Shown here piece after piece: positions 46,501-53,413 of a stretch of 53,413 nt of DNA. The position numbers were made by a program, and so were the translations under genes. The stretch lies in the IMG/VR virus record IMGVR_UViG_3300023116_000063, positions 1 to 53,413 of that record; one strand, written 5' to 3'. The DNA is from a virus (Duplodnaviria; Caudoviricetes). The number at the start of each line of letters is the position of its first letter. Within the stretch, counting starts at the first letter, position 1. The notes under the pieces were generated by a model, which saw only the letters and a program-made list of their open reading frames with translations, was not told the DNA's origin and searched no databases.

Positions 46501-49500
46501 ATTTTGGACGAAGAATACCATCTTGCATATCAATAGCAACACGATAGTCTGGATGTTTAACATCACCAGTTGCGTGTCCAGCAAAGTTGTCTACAACAAA
46601 ACCAGACTTAAATCTGTCAAGTCCATTTGAATCTTGAATTTGTAAAGATGCTGCATCTTTCTCAAGTAGATTAAGTGCAGTATAGTATTCCATGTTCTGA
46701 ATACGAGTTTCGAGTCTACCAATATCTCTCATGGTATATCTACGATTATTCTCTTTTACAAAAGACACATCGTTAATATCAATTACATAAGGAGGCATAT
46801 TGATGTGTGCAAGTTTCATTGCATCATCAAGAGGTTTTGCCTGAGTTGGGTTTTCAGAAGGAACACCAGTAACGATTTTGAATTCACCAGCAGAAGTAAG
46901 GAACAGTTGATCCACACGACCGATATAATGTTCAAAGTCATAAACAAAGTTTGAGTTGTCCTTTGGAATACCCACAGTAGAAGAACCAGTTCCAGCAAAA
47001 GAACGGTTTTCAAAGTTAAATGACATTGATGTTACTTTATAAACAGTCTGACTTTGAATAGTCTGTGTACTCATTGTCGCATCAGCAACACGAGGCCTAA
47101 AGTCTACAGCATCACGCAAGTCATATTCACCAGTAGGTTCTGCAACCTCTGGATCAACACGAGTAGCAGTGTAAGTTGGAATATCTTTATAATCAATAGA
47201 ACTGTAAGAATCTACAGAGAAGAAGTCACCAGTACCGTGTGAGAAATAATCTGCAACGATAAGAAGTCTACCACTAGGAGTGATAGCAGCCGGTTTGCGA
47301 ACTAGTTTACCAACATCATAGAAGTTGTCTCTCTGTCCATTATCCAATGTAAAGTCATTAGTAATAACACGAGAACCAGCAGTAAATGTATCTAGTGTTG
47401 CACTTTCTCCACTCTCACTTCCAATAATAGTTTCACCAGAAGTAAAGTCTACTTCATTAATTGAAACATATGTAATTGGCGAAAGTGTATTAACAATTCT
47501 TGCAATAGCACCAGAAGTAGAACCAGTAATCAATTCACCTTTTGTGAATGTGCCAGTTGCACCAGTGATTGTCCACTGTGGAAGAACTGGATCGGTTGTA
47601 TTATCTTCTGAATCAAATACTGCCCAAAGTCTTTGAACATCGGCGACACCAAGAGAAATATCTTTATGATGAGCTGATGTTCCATATTCTGCACCACCAG
47701 CAATACCATCATTGTCCACTAGGACTTGATACATTCTTGTTCTTGTTTTTGTCTTTTCAGAAACAACTGTTCTTGTGATTGTTGAAATAAGTCTTACTTC
47801 AGCACCGTTACCAAGAATAGAAGAAGAGGTAATTGAAAGTGTTCCAGTACCAGCACCACCAATAGTTACATTAGAACTATTTAAGTTTACGATTTGTCCG
47901 GCAGTAGCAGAACCACCAGAACCAGCAGTGATAACTGTTAGAACATAATCTGTATTATCTACAGCACCAAAGATTTCGTTTGAACCAGCAGTAAATGTAA
48001 CAACACCAGATGCAGAAGATGTATCTGTGAATGAACGTCTGATAGTAATCTGTGTATCTGATACTCCAAGGTTTGCTTCTGTCTTTAGTGTCTTGATAGT
48101 ATTCTTCTGTAATTTACGAAGAAGAATATTTTTCTGTTGGTCAGAAAGTTGAGCTCTCTTTCTTGTTGCAGCAACTGAAGTAACTGCATTACTAAGAGAA
48201 CTATCAATTGTAATTGTTGTTGAGTTTGTTACAGCAGTAACTCTTCTAAATTCAATAGCACCAGCTGCACCAGTTGGGAATCCAACGATATCTCCAACTC
48301 TCAACTCAGCAGTAAAGTTTGTTTGGAAACCATTAACTGTCGTACCACTAGCATAAGAAACTAGTCCTGTCAAGTTAAATGAATTTTGTAGAACAATATC
48401 TCCAGTGAAATCTGGATCACCAGCATCTGGATCATTCATGTATGTTTGTTTTACATGACTGAAATCAAATGCATCAATAGAACTAATTGTTAAATCTGTA
48501 TTGCCACTATCTTCTAGAATTTCATCTGCTTCAGCAGAAGAGGTTGATTTGATTTTTTCTCCAGTTACGAATGAACCTGTAACTGTTGTGAGAACAATTG
48601 TGCTTCCAGTTGTATCAGATTGAATGAAACCTGTAGCACCAGAAGTAACACCTGTTACTTTTGAACCTGTGCTTGTTCCAGCAGAAGGAGTTGCAGACAT
48701 TGTAAGTTTTGTAAACATACGAATGTCAAAGAGATATAATTTATATTCTGCATCTGATGGCATAACATCAATACCAGAACCAGTACCATTTGCAGAGTGT
48801 TCAAATGCTCTTACACGAGCAAGTCCAACCTTATTACCAGCTGGAGTTCCTAATGAAGAAGTTTGTTGGTCATGCAATGCAATCTGACGATATGGTTCAT
48901 CAATCTCACCAGAGATAAATGGTGAAATTTCTGGAGAACCACTAATATTTTGTATTACAACATAGTTACCTACTTCAACTGGAGTGACAGCGGCGTTGAA
49001 ACTTTCAAAGGTTCTAGGTTTAGCAACGTCAACAAATTTTGGAGAGATTGTTTCAATCTCATATCCACGAACATAAGCTTTGCCAGGCGATACTTGGAAA
49101 GTTACAAAGTTATCAGAAGCAGTATTTCCACTATCAGTGCTTTGTCCAGTATTGTACACACCATTATTCAAACCATCATTAAGAGTTTCTCTGATATCAA
49201 TATCAAAAGAACGAACAGTATAATCACCAGACTCATCATACGTTCTGCGAGCCATTGTTTCACCCAAAACTGAGTACTGAGTGTTTCTTGCCTTTTCTAA
49301 AAGAGCACCGTTCTTAATTCTAAGAAGTTCAACAAAGTTTGTGTCCTCAGCAGAATCTAATGCCACCTTTGCAAGTGTCAAAGTAAACTTTAGTCGATGT
49401 GAACCTTTTGCATTAAAGTTTGAAGTACCGGCTGCATTGTCCAAAAGACTTGTATCTTCTTCTGGAGTTTCCAACCCTTCAGTGATAGCAAGTCCAACTC

Positions 49501-50125
49501 TATAGTTTGGAGTATTAGTGTATTTGTCTAGAATAATTCTTTGTTGTGCAACTCTAACAAAATGTCCACGAACAAAGTAGACACCTTCTTGAATGTTTGC
49601 AGAAGAACCAATTGCAGTTGCATTTGTTGATACAAGTTGTGCAGAGTCTATGCCTGCACCGAAAGAACCAACTGTTCCATCAGCAGAAATGTTTTCACCA
49701 GCAGAAAAAACTGTTGTAGAATTATCTGAACCAGTGTTTATGTATTTAACATAAAGAGTAATAGGATCATCAGTTGTTGCAGCGACAACTTCAATAACTT
49801 CAGCGACAACGCCTGATGTTGTTCCAGTAATTCTCTTACCAACGTAATCTTGAATTTGAGATGAAATGTCTGAACCACTTAATGTAGATTCAATCTTAAC
49901 AGCATAGTATTCATCAGTATAACCTACTGCGCCAGGGATAACAACTGTGCCCTCTTTAAAGATGTGACGCCCAAACCTTTCGATTTGGTTTTGCATGATA
50001 GACTGTAGTTGAGTTAGTTCTCTTGCTTGTACGGCAAAGCCAGGACGAAAGAGTACTCTATGAAAATCTTTACTTTCGGTAAAGTCATCATAATATGGTG
50101 CTACGTTAAGATTGGTTTTTTCCAT
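43523..50125 (-). CDS. Giant baseplate-region structural protein (DUF4815/VrlC-like), 2200 aa
   Basis: NLNV.PYYDDF...FHRVLFRPG.AVQARELTQLQS, ARRTYDESGDY, RFKSGF.VDNF, DPLAQSF; follows gp8. Confidence 0.88.
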   Translation of the reverse strand: MEKTNLNVAPYYDDFTESKDFHRVLFRPGFAVQARELTQLQSIMQNQIERFGRHIFKEGTVVIPGAVGYTDEYYAVKIESTLSGSDISSQIQDYVGKRITGTTSGVVAEVIEVVAATTDDPITLYVKYINTGSDNSTTVFSAGENISADGTVGSFGAGIDSAQLVSTNATAIGSSANIQEGVYFVRGHFVRVAQQRIILDKYTNTPNYRVGLAITEGLETPEEDTSLLDNAAGTSNFNAKGSHRLKFTLTLAKVALDSAEDTNFVELLRIKNGALLEKARNTQYSVLGETMARRTYDESGDYTVRSFDIDIRETLNDGLNNGVYNTGQSTDSGNTASDNFVTFQVSPGKAYVRGYEIETISPKFVDVAKPRTFESFNAAVTPVEVGNYVVIQNISGSPEISPFISGEIDEPYRQIALHDQQTSSLGTPAGNKVGLARVRAFEHSANGTGSGIDVMPSDAEYKLYLFDIRMFTKLTMSATPSAGTSTGSKVTGVTSGATGFIQSDTTGSTIVLTTVTGSFVTGEKIKSTSSAEADEILEDSGNTDLTISSIDAFDFSHVKQTYMNDPDAGDPDFTGDIVLQNSFNLTGLVSYASGTTVNGFQTNFTAELRVGDIVGFPTGAAGAIEFRRVTAVTNSTTITIDSSLSNAVTSVAATRKRAQLSDQQKNILLRKLQKNTIKTLKTEANLGVSDTQITIRRSFTDTSSASGVVTFTAGSNEIFGAVDNTDYVLTVITAGSGGSATAGQIVNLNSSNVTIGGAGTGTLSITSSSILGNGAEVRLISTITRTVVSEKTKTRTRMYQVLVDNDGIAGGAEYGTSAHHKDISLGVADVQRLWAVFDSEDNTTDPVLPQWTITGATGTFTKGELITGSTSGAIARIVNTLSPITYVSINEVDFTSGETIIGSESGESATLDTFTAGSRVITNDFTLDNGQRDNFYDVGKLVRKPAAITPSGRLLIVADYFSHGTGDFFSVDSYSSIDYKDIPTYTATRVDPEVAEPTGEYDLRDAVDFRPRVADATMSTQTIQSQTVYKVTSMSFNFENRSFAGTGSSTVGIPKDNSNFVYDFEHYIGRVDQLFLTSAGEFKIVTGVPSENPTQAKPLDDAMKLAHINMPPYVIDINDVSFVKENNRRYTMRDIGRLETRIQNMEYYTALNLLEKDAASLQIQDSNGLDRFKSGFVVDNFAGHATGDVKHPDYRVAIDMQDGILRPKYFMKGISLEEENTTDAERVADNYQLTGEVITLPYSDTVVIDQQYASRVENLNPVLNFAWAGICKLTPSGDEWFEVNRLPDLIVNQEGNFDTFVAQNQNAIGTVWNAWQTQWGGVTRATTNRFREHSFQRSIALAGGRFRGRAIIERTISTREGTASRSGIQTSIVAQIDHESQGDRVVSRALIPFIRSKNITFNATGMKPLTRVYPFFDKTNVSAYCTPQGGSLGGALITSGGGRVVGVFSIPNPTTRGAPRFRTGERQFRLTSDPNNGVASVETFAQAIYSARGILNNVQETIIATRNARFETREVSQTQNVTRQEVREDVVGWWDPLAQSFMPQAKGGEFITKVDVYFGHRDETLPVSCQIREMSNGYPTTKVLPFASKTLEPYADGTVSYTSGSTTITGTGTQFLTDLRAGMQVTIEDIGVSGQDCLCNVVSVESDTAFTISGGSGPNGYTFTGGVPGSSGSGKWYSLVNTAPDTGDAKTTFIFDAPVYVKDGVEYCIVLFTDSPKYTAWISRMGEIDVNGRQISEQPYLGVLFKSQNNTTWSAYDLEDLKFTLYRASFDTSKTSVITLVNESVPVKTLNANPIRTINGQNLVKVLHTDHHMYSSSNNVTLAGVASGINSTLNGAITSSSTSLTLSSSNGWPSSGTIYLKINNEVMTGSISGTTVSSLTRGVEGSAAAHGNGDAVALYQLNGIPLTEVNKTHNALANIGIDSYTVSTTATATADGTGGGSSVTATENAQMDQIHTLLPTIELPDTSVSTSVITTTGTSPSGNQTSFTQSTTAENIPTNDNYIFSTPKLIASQVNETLELSGNKSFKCIVNLNTERENLSPLFDLDRKSVIAISNRINNIDSSADVYPTTDFVSPTEPEGDNNEAVYVTRKVSLQNPATAIRMYVDAVQFDSAEIQAMYKILRSDDASDFDEIGWQYFNTDGQPDETVNASINETDFIERKYSAEGLEEFISFAIKIRLQGTNSCEVPYLKDLRAIALAT

Positions 50126-50128
50126 TGT

Positions 50129-51595
50129 TTAGAATTCCACTACGATTTTAATATCTTCTGTTTGGTCAGATGCACGAGAAATCGGCCGTCTGTTTTCGAC
50201 ATAAAGAATATGTCCACTATCTGGTTCAAGTTCTGGATTAGCATATCCAGTTGTAAAAGTCAAAACAGTACCACCAGTTAGTGTTACGTTTTCAGATGCA
50301 GTAGATGATGGAATAGCTGCAGCAAGTGATGTTGCACCTGTCACAGTATTTGCACCAGAGAATGCTACATAATTACCAGCGGCATTAATGCCAAAGTCTG
50401 CAAATCTTTCTTGTACATAATACAAAATGTTATTTGTTGCATCCCATTCTACAACTCTACCAACTGCACCAGTGCTTGATTGTGTAATCTTTTCATCAAT
50501 GGTATAGTCTGTTGAAGGAGCGGCAGCCATTTTAATTGCATATGATTGTCTACGAGTTGATGCAGAAGAAACAGTTGTCGTACCAAAGTTAAATGGATCT
50601 TTTACAATACCAACTTCTCTAAAGTCGTTTGCGACTGTTACATCGTCACCCTCGGCCTGTTCAAGTTTAGTATTCATCATCACATAATGAGCACCAAGTT
50701 CTTCAACTGCATTGAAACCATGTCCACCTCTAGGAGAAATGATTGGAGTGACAGAACCACCAGTACCAGCACCTATAGAAGATGAAAGTGTTAATGCGTT
50801 ATCAGAATATGTGTCTGTCAAATCTACAGTAGCAAATGTATATCCTGTTCCAGCAGCAAATACGTTTGTTCCACTAGAACCCTGTGGTTGAATTGCACCA
50901 CCACTTACTACAATCTCAACAATACCACTAGAACCATCACCATCAATTGCAGTGTAATAAGTTCCATCAGTATAACCAGAACCAGCAGTAATACGAACAG
51001 TATCAATTGAACCATTCGCTGCGGCCGCAGATATAGTAGAATCTGTTACAACTGGAATAAAGTCTGAAGTTAAAAACTTATCAATATTCGATACACTCAA
51101 TGTGTACATATATTGTAGAGTGTAACCACCAAGTTCAAATGGAATTGCTGATGTTGTTGTTGGTTCTACACCACTATATGCAGTTCCACCATTATTGTCA
51201 AGTACTTTATAAACTTTATATTCACTAGTCATAAAGTAAAATGTAGAATCCCATAGGTTTGTTGCACCAGATGATGTTGGATTTGATACAGAAATATCAT
51301 GTTCATACATATCATAGGTTGTACTGTTTGTCCAATTTCTACGAGGAGCACAGTACACAACATCAGAAGATGAGATCAATTTGGCAGCGAGCATTGAATC
51401 CCATTTGTGTTGTTCCAATACAACGTCATCGTTTGGAGTTGGAGGGGAGTTGTCATCGCCACCAGAAGTACTCACGCTGAAAGGTGAACTCTTTCCGATA
51501 AACAAATAATATGTAGATGCAGAAGCTTCAGAGAATGACTCAAAAAATTGTTCTGCATTATGTTGTCTGAATTTTTCAGTAATAATTGCTGCCAT
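50129..51595 (-). CDS. gp8: Baseplate wedge subunit
   Basis: MAAIITEKFR..NA, YYLFIG, R.NW...YDMY, GGHG.....ELG, YVENRRPI.RA.DQTEDIKIVVEF. Confidence 0.92.
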   Translation of the reverse strand: MAAIITEKFRQHNAEQFFESFSEASASTYYLFIGKSSPFSVSTSGGDDNSPPTPNDDVVLEQHKWDSMLAAKLISSSDVVYCAPRRNWTNSTTYDMYEHDISVSNPTSSGATNLWDSTFYFMTSEYKVYKVLDNNGGTAYSGVEPTTTSAIPFELGGYTLQYMYTLSVSNIDKFLTSDFIPVVTDSTISAAAANGSIDTVRITAGSGYTDGTYYTAIDGDGSSGIVEIVVSGGAIQPQGSSGTNVFAAGTGYTFATVDLTDTYSDNALTLSSSIGAGTGGSVTPIISPRGGHGFNAVEELGAHYVMMNTKLEQAEGDDVTVANDFREVGIVKDPFNFGTTTVSSASTRRQSYAIKMAAAPSTDYTIDEKITQSSTGAVGRVVEWDATNNILYYVQERFADFGINAAGNYVAFSGANTVTGATSLAAAIPSSTASENVTLTGGTVLTFTTGYANPELEPDSGHILYVENRRPISRASDQTEDIKIVVEF

Positions 51596-51616
51596 TGTTT
51601 TTTCCTATAATATTAT

Positions 51617-51680
51617 TTATGCGTTCTCTAGAGCCTCTAGGCGTGCTTCAAGAGTGCCATTCTGTTCTTTTCCTATAATC
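51617..51680 (-). pseudogene. Deletion scar: fibre-gene start fused to an S74-type fibre end
   Basis: 51652-51680 is identical (29 bp) to the RBS and start of 31628-32785 (32777-32805). 51617-51652 encodes LEARLEALENA-stop in another frame. Confidence 0.8.
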
Positions 51681-51681
51681 C

Positions 51682-52731
51682 TTATACTGAGCGGTACATC
51701 ACTGAGCCACGAATTACAGCATTAGTATTAAGCTCACTTGCAACAATACCATTTTCACCCAAGTTATCGCCAACTTCTTTAAGTTCAATTTGGTTTGTTG
51801 ATACAGCTGGAATTTGGTATGCCATAGTAGTTCCAGAACCTAAATTAACATTAAAGTAGTGTCCGATATGTCCACCAGAATACAAACTATTATCAACATT
51901 TTTAGTATTGAATGGAACATTATCCAAGAAAACTGTGTTTGTAAGAGTGCCTGTTCTATTACTAAGTGTAATGTTGAATTGAAGATAAACTAAGTTACCA
52001 ATTTTAATATAACTACCAAGTTGAACACTGTAACTAAATGTAGCACCATTTGAATATAGTGTGGGAGTGTATGTGCCTTCTTCATAATCGTCAAGGGCGT
52101 TAGCTGCAGCAGTGTCACCGTTGAAAGTGATACCACCACCACTCAATATTCTCAACTTTTCTGTTTCACCAGTTCCATCAGATTGTCCACCAGTAAAAAA
52201 TTTTATGACATTACCACTACCACTATGAAATCCTCTAGAATGAATACTAAAAGAGTTGTCTTGAGATGCGCCAGAGGTTTGAATTATTGAACTATGTCCA
52301 AATGATACACTTCTAGTTGAATCATAGGAAACTTTTGCTTGAGGAAGTTGAGATGTGCTTTGAACATGAAAAGCCGTATCTGGGGATGATAGCCCCACCC
52401 CAACTCTATCATTTCCACCATCAACAAATAGCATATTAGCATTGCCATTTGACTCAACTCTGAAATCTACGTCAGCGCTATCTTCATTGAATACTGCACC
52501 ACCGTTTGCTTTAAACTCACCAGTTGCAGTCATGGACGAGCCACTAGAGAGTGTTCCTGTTACTGCAATATTCGTATCTAGTTTTGCAGAAGTGACAGCA
52601 CCATCCGTAATTTCTGATACAGTAATAGAGTTCGCCGCCAAATCCTCGGCGGCAATAACGTCAACACCAATCTTTGCAGAGGTGATAGCGTCATCTTGAA
52701 TGCCGACTGTTTTAATTCTATCTAGTGCCAT
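51682..52731 (-). CDS. Fibre / RBP (DDYEEGT tip)
   Basis: IQDDAITSAKIGVDVIAAEDLAANS, AKLDTNI, FNEDSADVDFRVES, ANALDDYEEGT. Confidence 0.8.
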   Translation of the reverse strand: MALDRIKTVGIQDDAITSAKIGVDVIAAEDLAANSITVSEITDGAVTSAKLDTNIAVTGTLSSGSSMTATGEFKANGGAVFNEDSADVDFRVESNGNANMLFVDGGNDRVGVGLSSPDTAFHVQSTSQLPQAKVSYDSTRSVSFGHSSIIQTSGASQDNSFSIHSRGFHSGSGNVIKFFTGGQSDGTGETEKLRILSGGGITFNGDTAAANALDDYEEGTYTPTLYSNGATFSYSVQLGSYIKIGNLVYLQFNITLSNRTGTLTNTVFLDNVPFNTKNVDNSLYSGGHIGHYFNVNLGSGTTMAYQIPAVSTNQIELKEVGDNLGENGIVASELNTNAVIRGSVMYRSV

Positions 52732-52747
52732 AATTCTCTATCCTATC

Positions 52748-53413
52748 TTATGCAGACGTAATTGTTTCCCATGCACTACCAGTATAAACCTGTAGTTTAT
52801 TTGTTGCAGTCAAGTATGCAACCATACCAGCGGCAGGAGATGTAATTGCAGCATCTCTTGCACTTGTATCTGCATACACGGCTGCTTGGAAATGTGTGCT
52901 AGAACTTAGGGTTGTAAATGAACCAGCAGCAGGAGTATTGCCACCAACGATACCATCAACATCACCTGTTACGTTACCAGTGATATTACCAGTGAATGTT
53001 CCGGCAATTGCACCTGTACCAGTAATTGTGGGAGATGTAAGTGTCTTATTAGTTAATGTTTGTGTTGCAGTATCAGAAACCAAAGTTGCATCAGCATTTC
53101 CAAGTGTGTCACCGCCTGGTAATGTTAATGTATTTGTTGCATTTTCTGAATGTGGTTGTGATGCAACAATTTGTCCATGTGTGTTGACATGACAGTTCAA
53201 TTGAAGTTGTCCAACGACAGATGCACCATCACCTTGAACTTCTAGAATGTTTGTAGCAGGAGCAACAACAATATTACCAGAGGCTGAAGTTGCAGTACCA
53301 CCAAGAACTGGACTAGTCAAAGTTTTGTTTGTAAGTGTAATAGTATTTGCAGCAAGAGCAATATCAGCTGTGTCACTCAAGTCTGTACTTGCGATTGTGA
53401 TATTTGCACTACC
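52748..53413 (-). CDS. Fibre-like virion protein, 5' end outside the window
   Basis: Frame is open to the right edge; TLTNKTLTSP repeats, QLNCH.N.HG, RDAAITSPAAGM. Confidence 0.75.
   Translation of the reverse strand, partial: GSANITIASTDLSDTADIALAANTITLTNKTLTSPVLGGTATSASGNIVVAPATNILEVQGDGASVVGQLQLNCHVNTHGQIVASQPHSENATNTLTLPGGDTLGNADATLVSDTATQTLTNKTLTSPTITGTGAIAGTFTGNITGNVTGDVDGIVGGNTPAAGSFTTLSSSTHFQAAVYADTSARDAAITSPAAGMVAYLTATNKLQVYTGSAWETITSA

Noticed and set aside
20452-53413. Diversity-generating retroelement acting on the fibre tips
   Set aside because: No reverse transcriptase in the window. I saw no template/variable repeat pair differing only at adenines, and the repeats lie at junctions inside coding genes.
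1-53413. CRISPR array
   Set aside because: No regularly spaced repeat-spacer structure; the repeats are dispersed and coding.

Overview
This is a 53.4-kb segment of a large T4-like myophage genome. Its gene content resembles marine Kyanoviridae/HTVC008M-type phages, and no photosynthesis genes are in view. Nearly all genes are on the minus strand. Left to right it holds: a partial hsp20, a DUF932-type protein, peptide deformylase, a DNA methyltransferase, gp46/gp47/gp55, uvsW, a 2OG-Fe(II) oxygenase and uvsY; the head, tail and packaging block (gp3, gp23, gp22, gp21, gp20, gp19, gp18, gp17, gp16, gp15, gp14, gp13); a roughly 17-kb array of modular fibre, adaptor and chaperone genes; then a 2200-aa baseplate-region protein, gp8 and more fibres. 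Three things stand out. (1) The fibre array looks like a combinatorial kit: recurring terminal peptides sit next to matching domains in the following gene, each tip class has its own partner gene, identical DNA blocks mark module junctions, late promoters mark cassette boundaries, and one cassette survives only as a deletion scar. (2) There are compact structured non-coding elements upstream of uvsY and upstream of hsp20. (3) A ROSE-like RNA thermometer covers the hsp20 ribosome-binding site. All family calls come from motif recognition and synteny; no database search was run.
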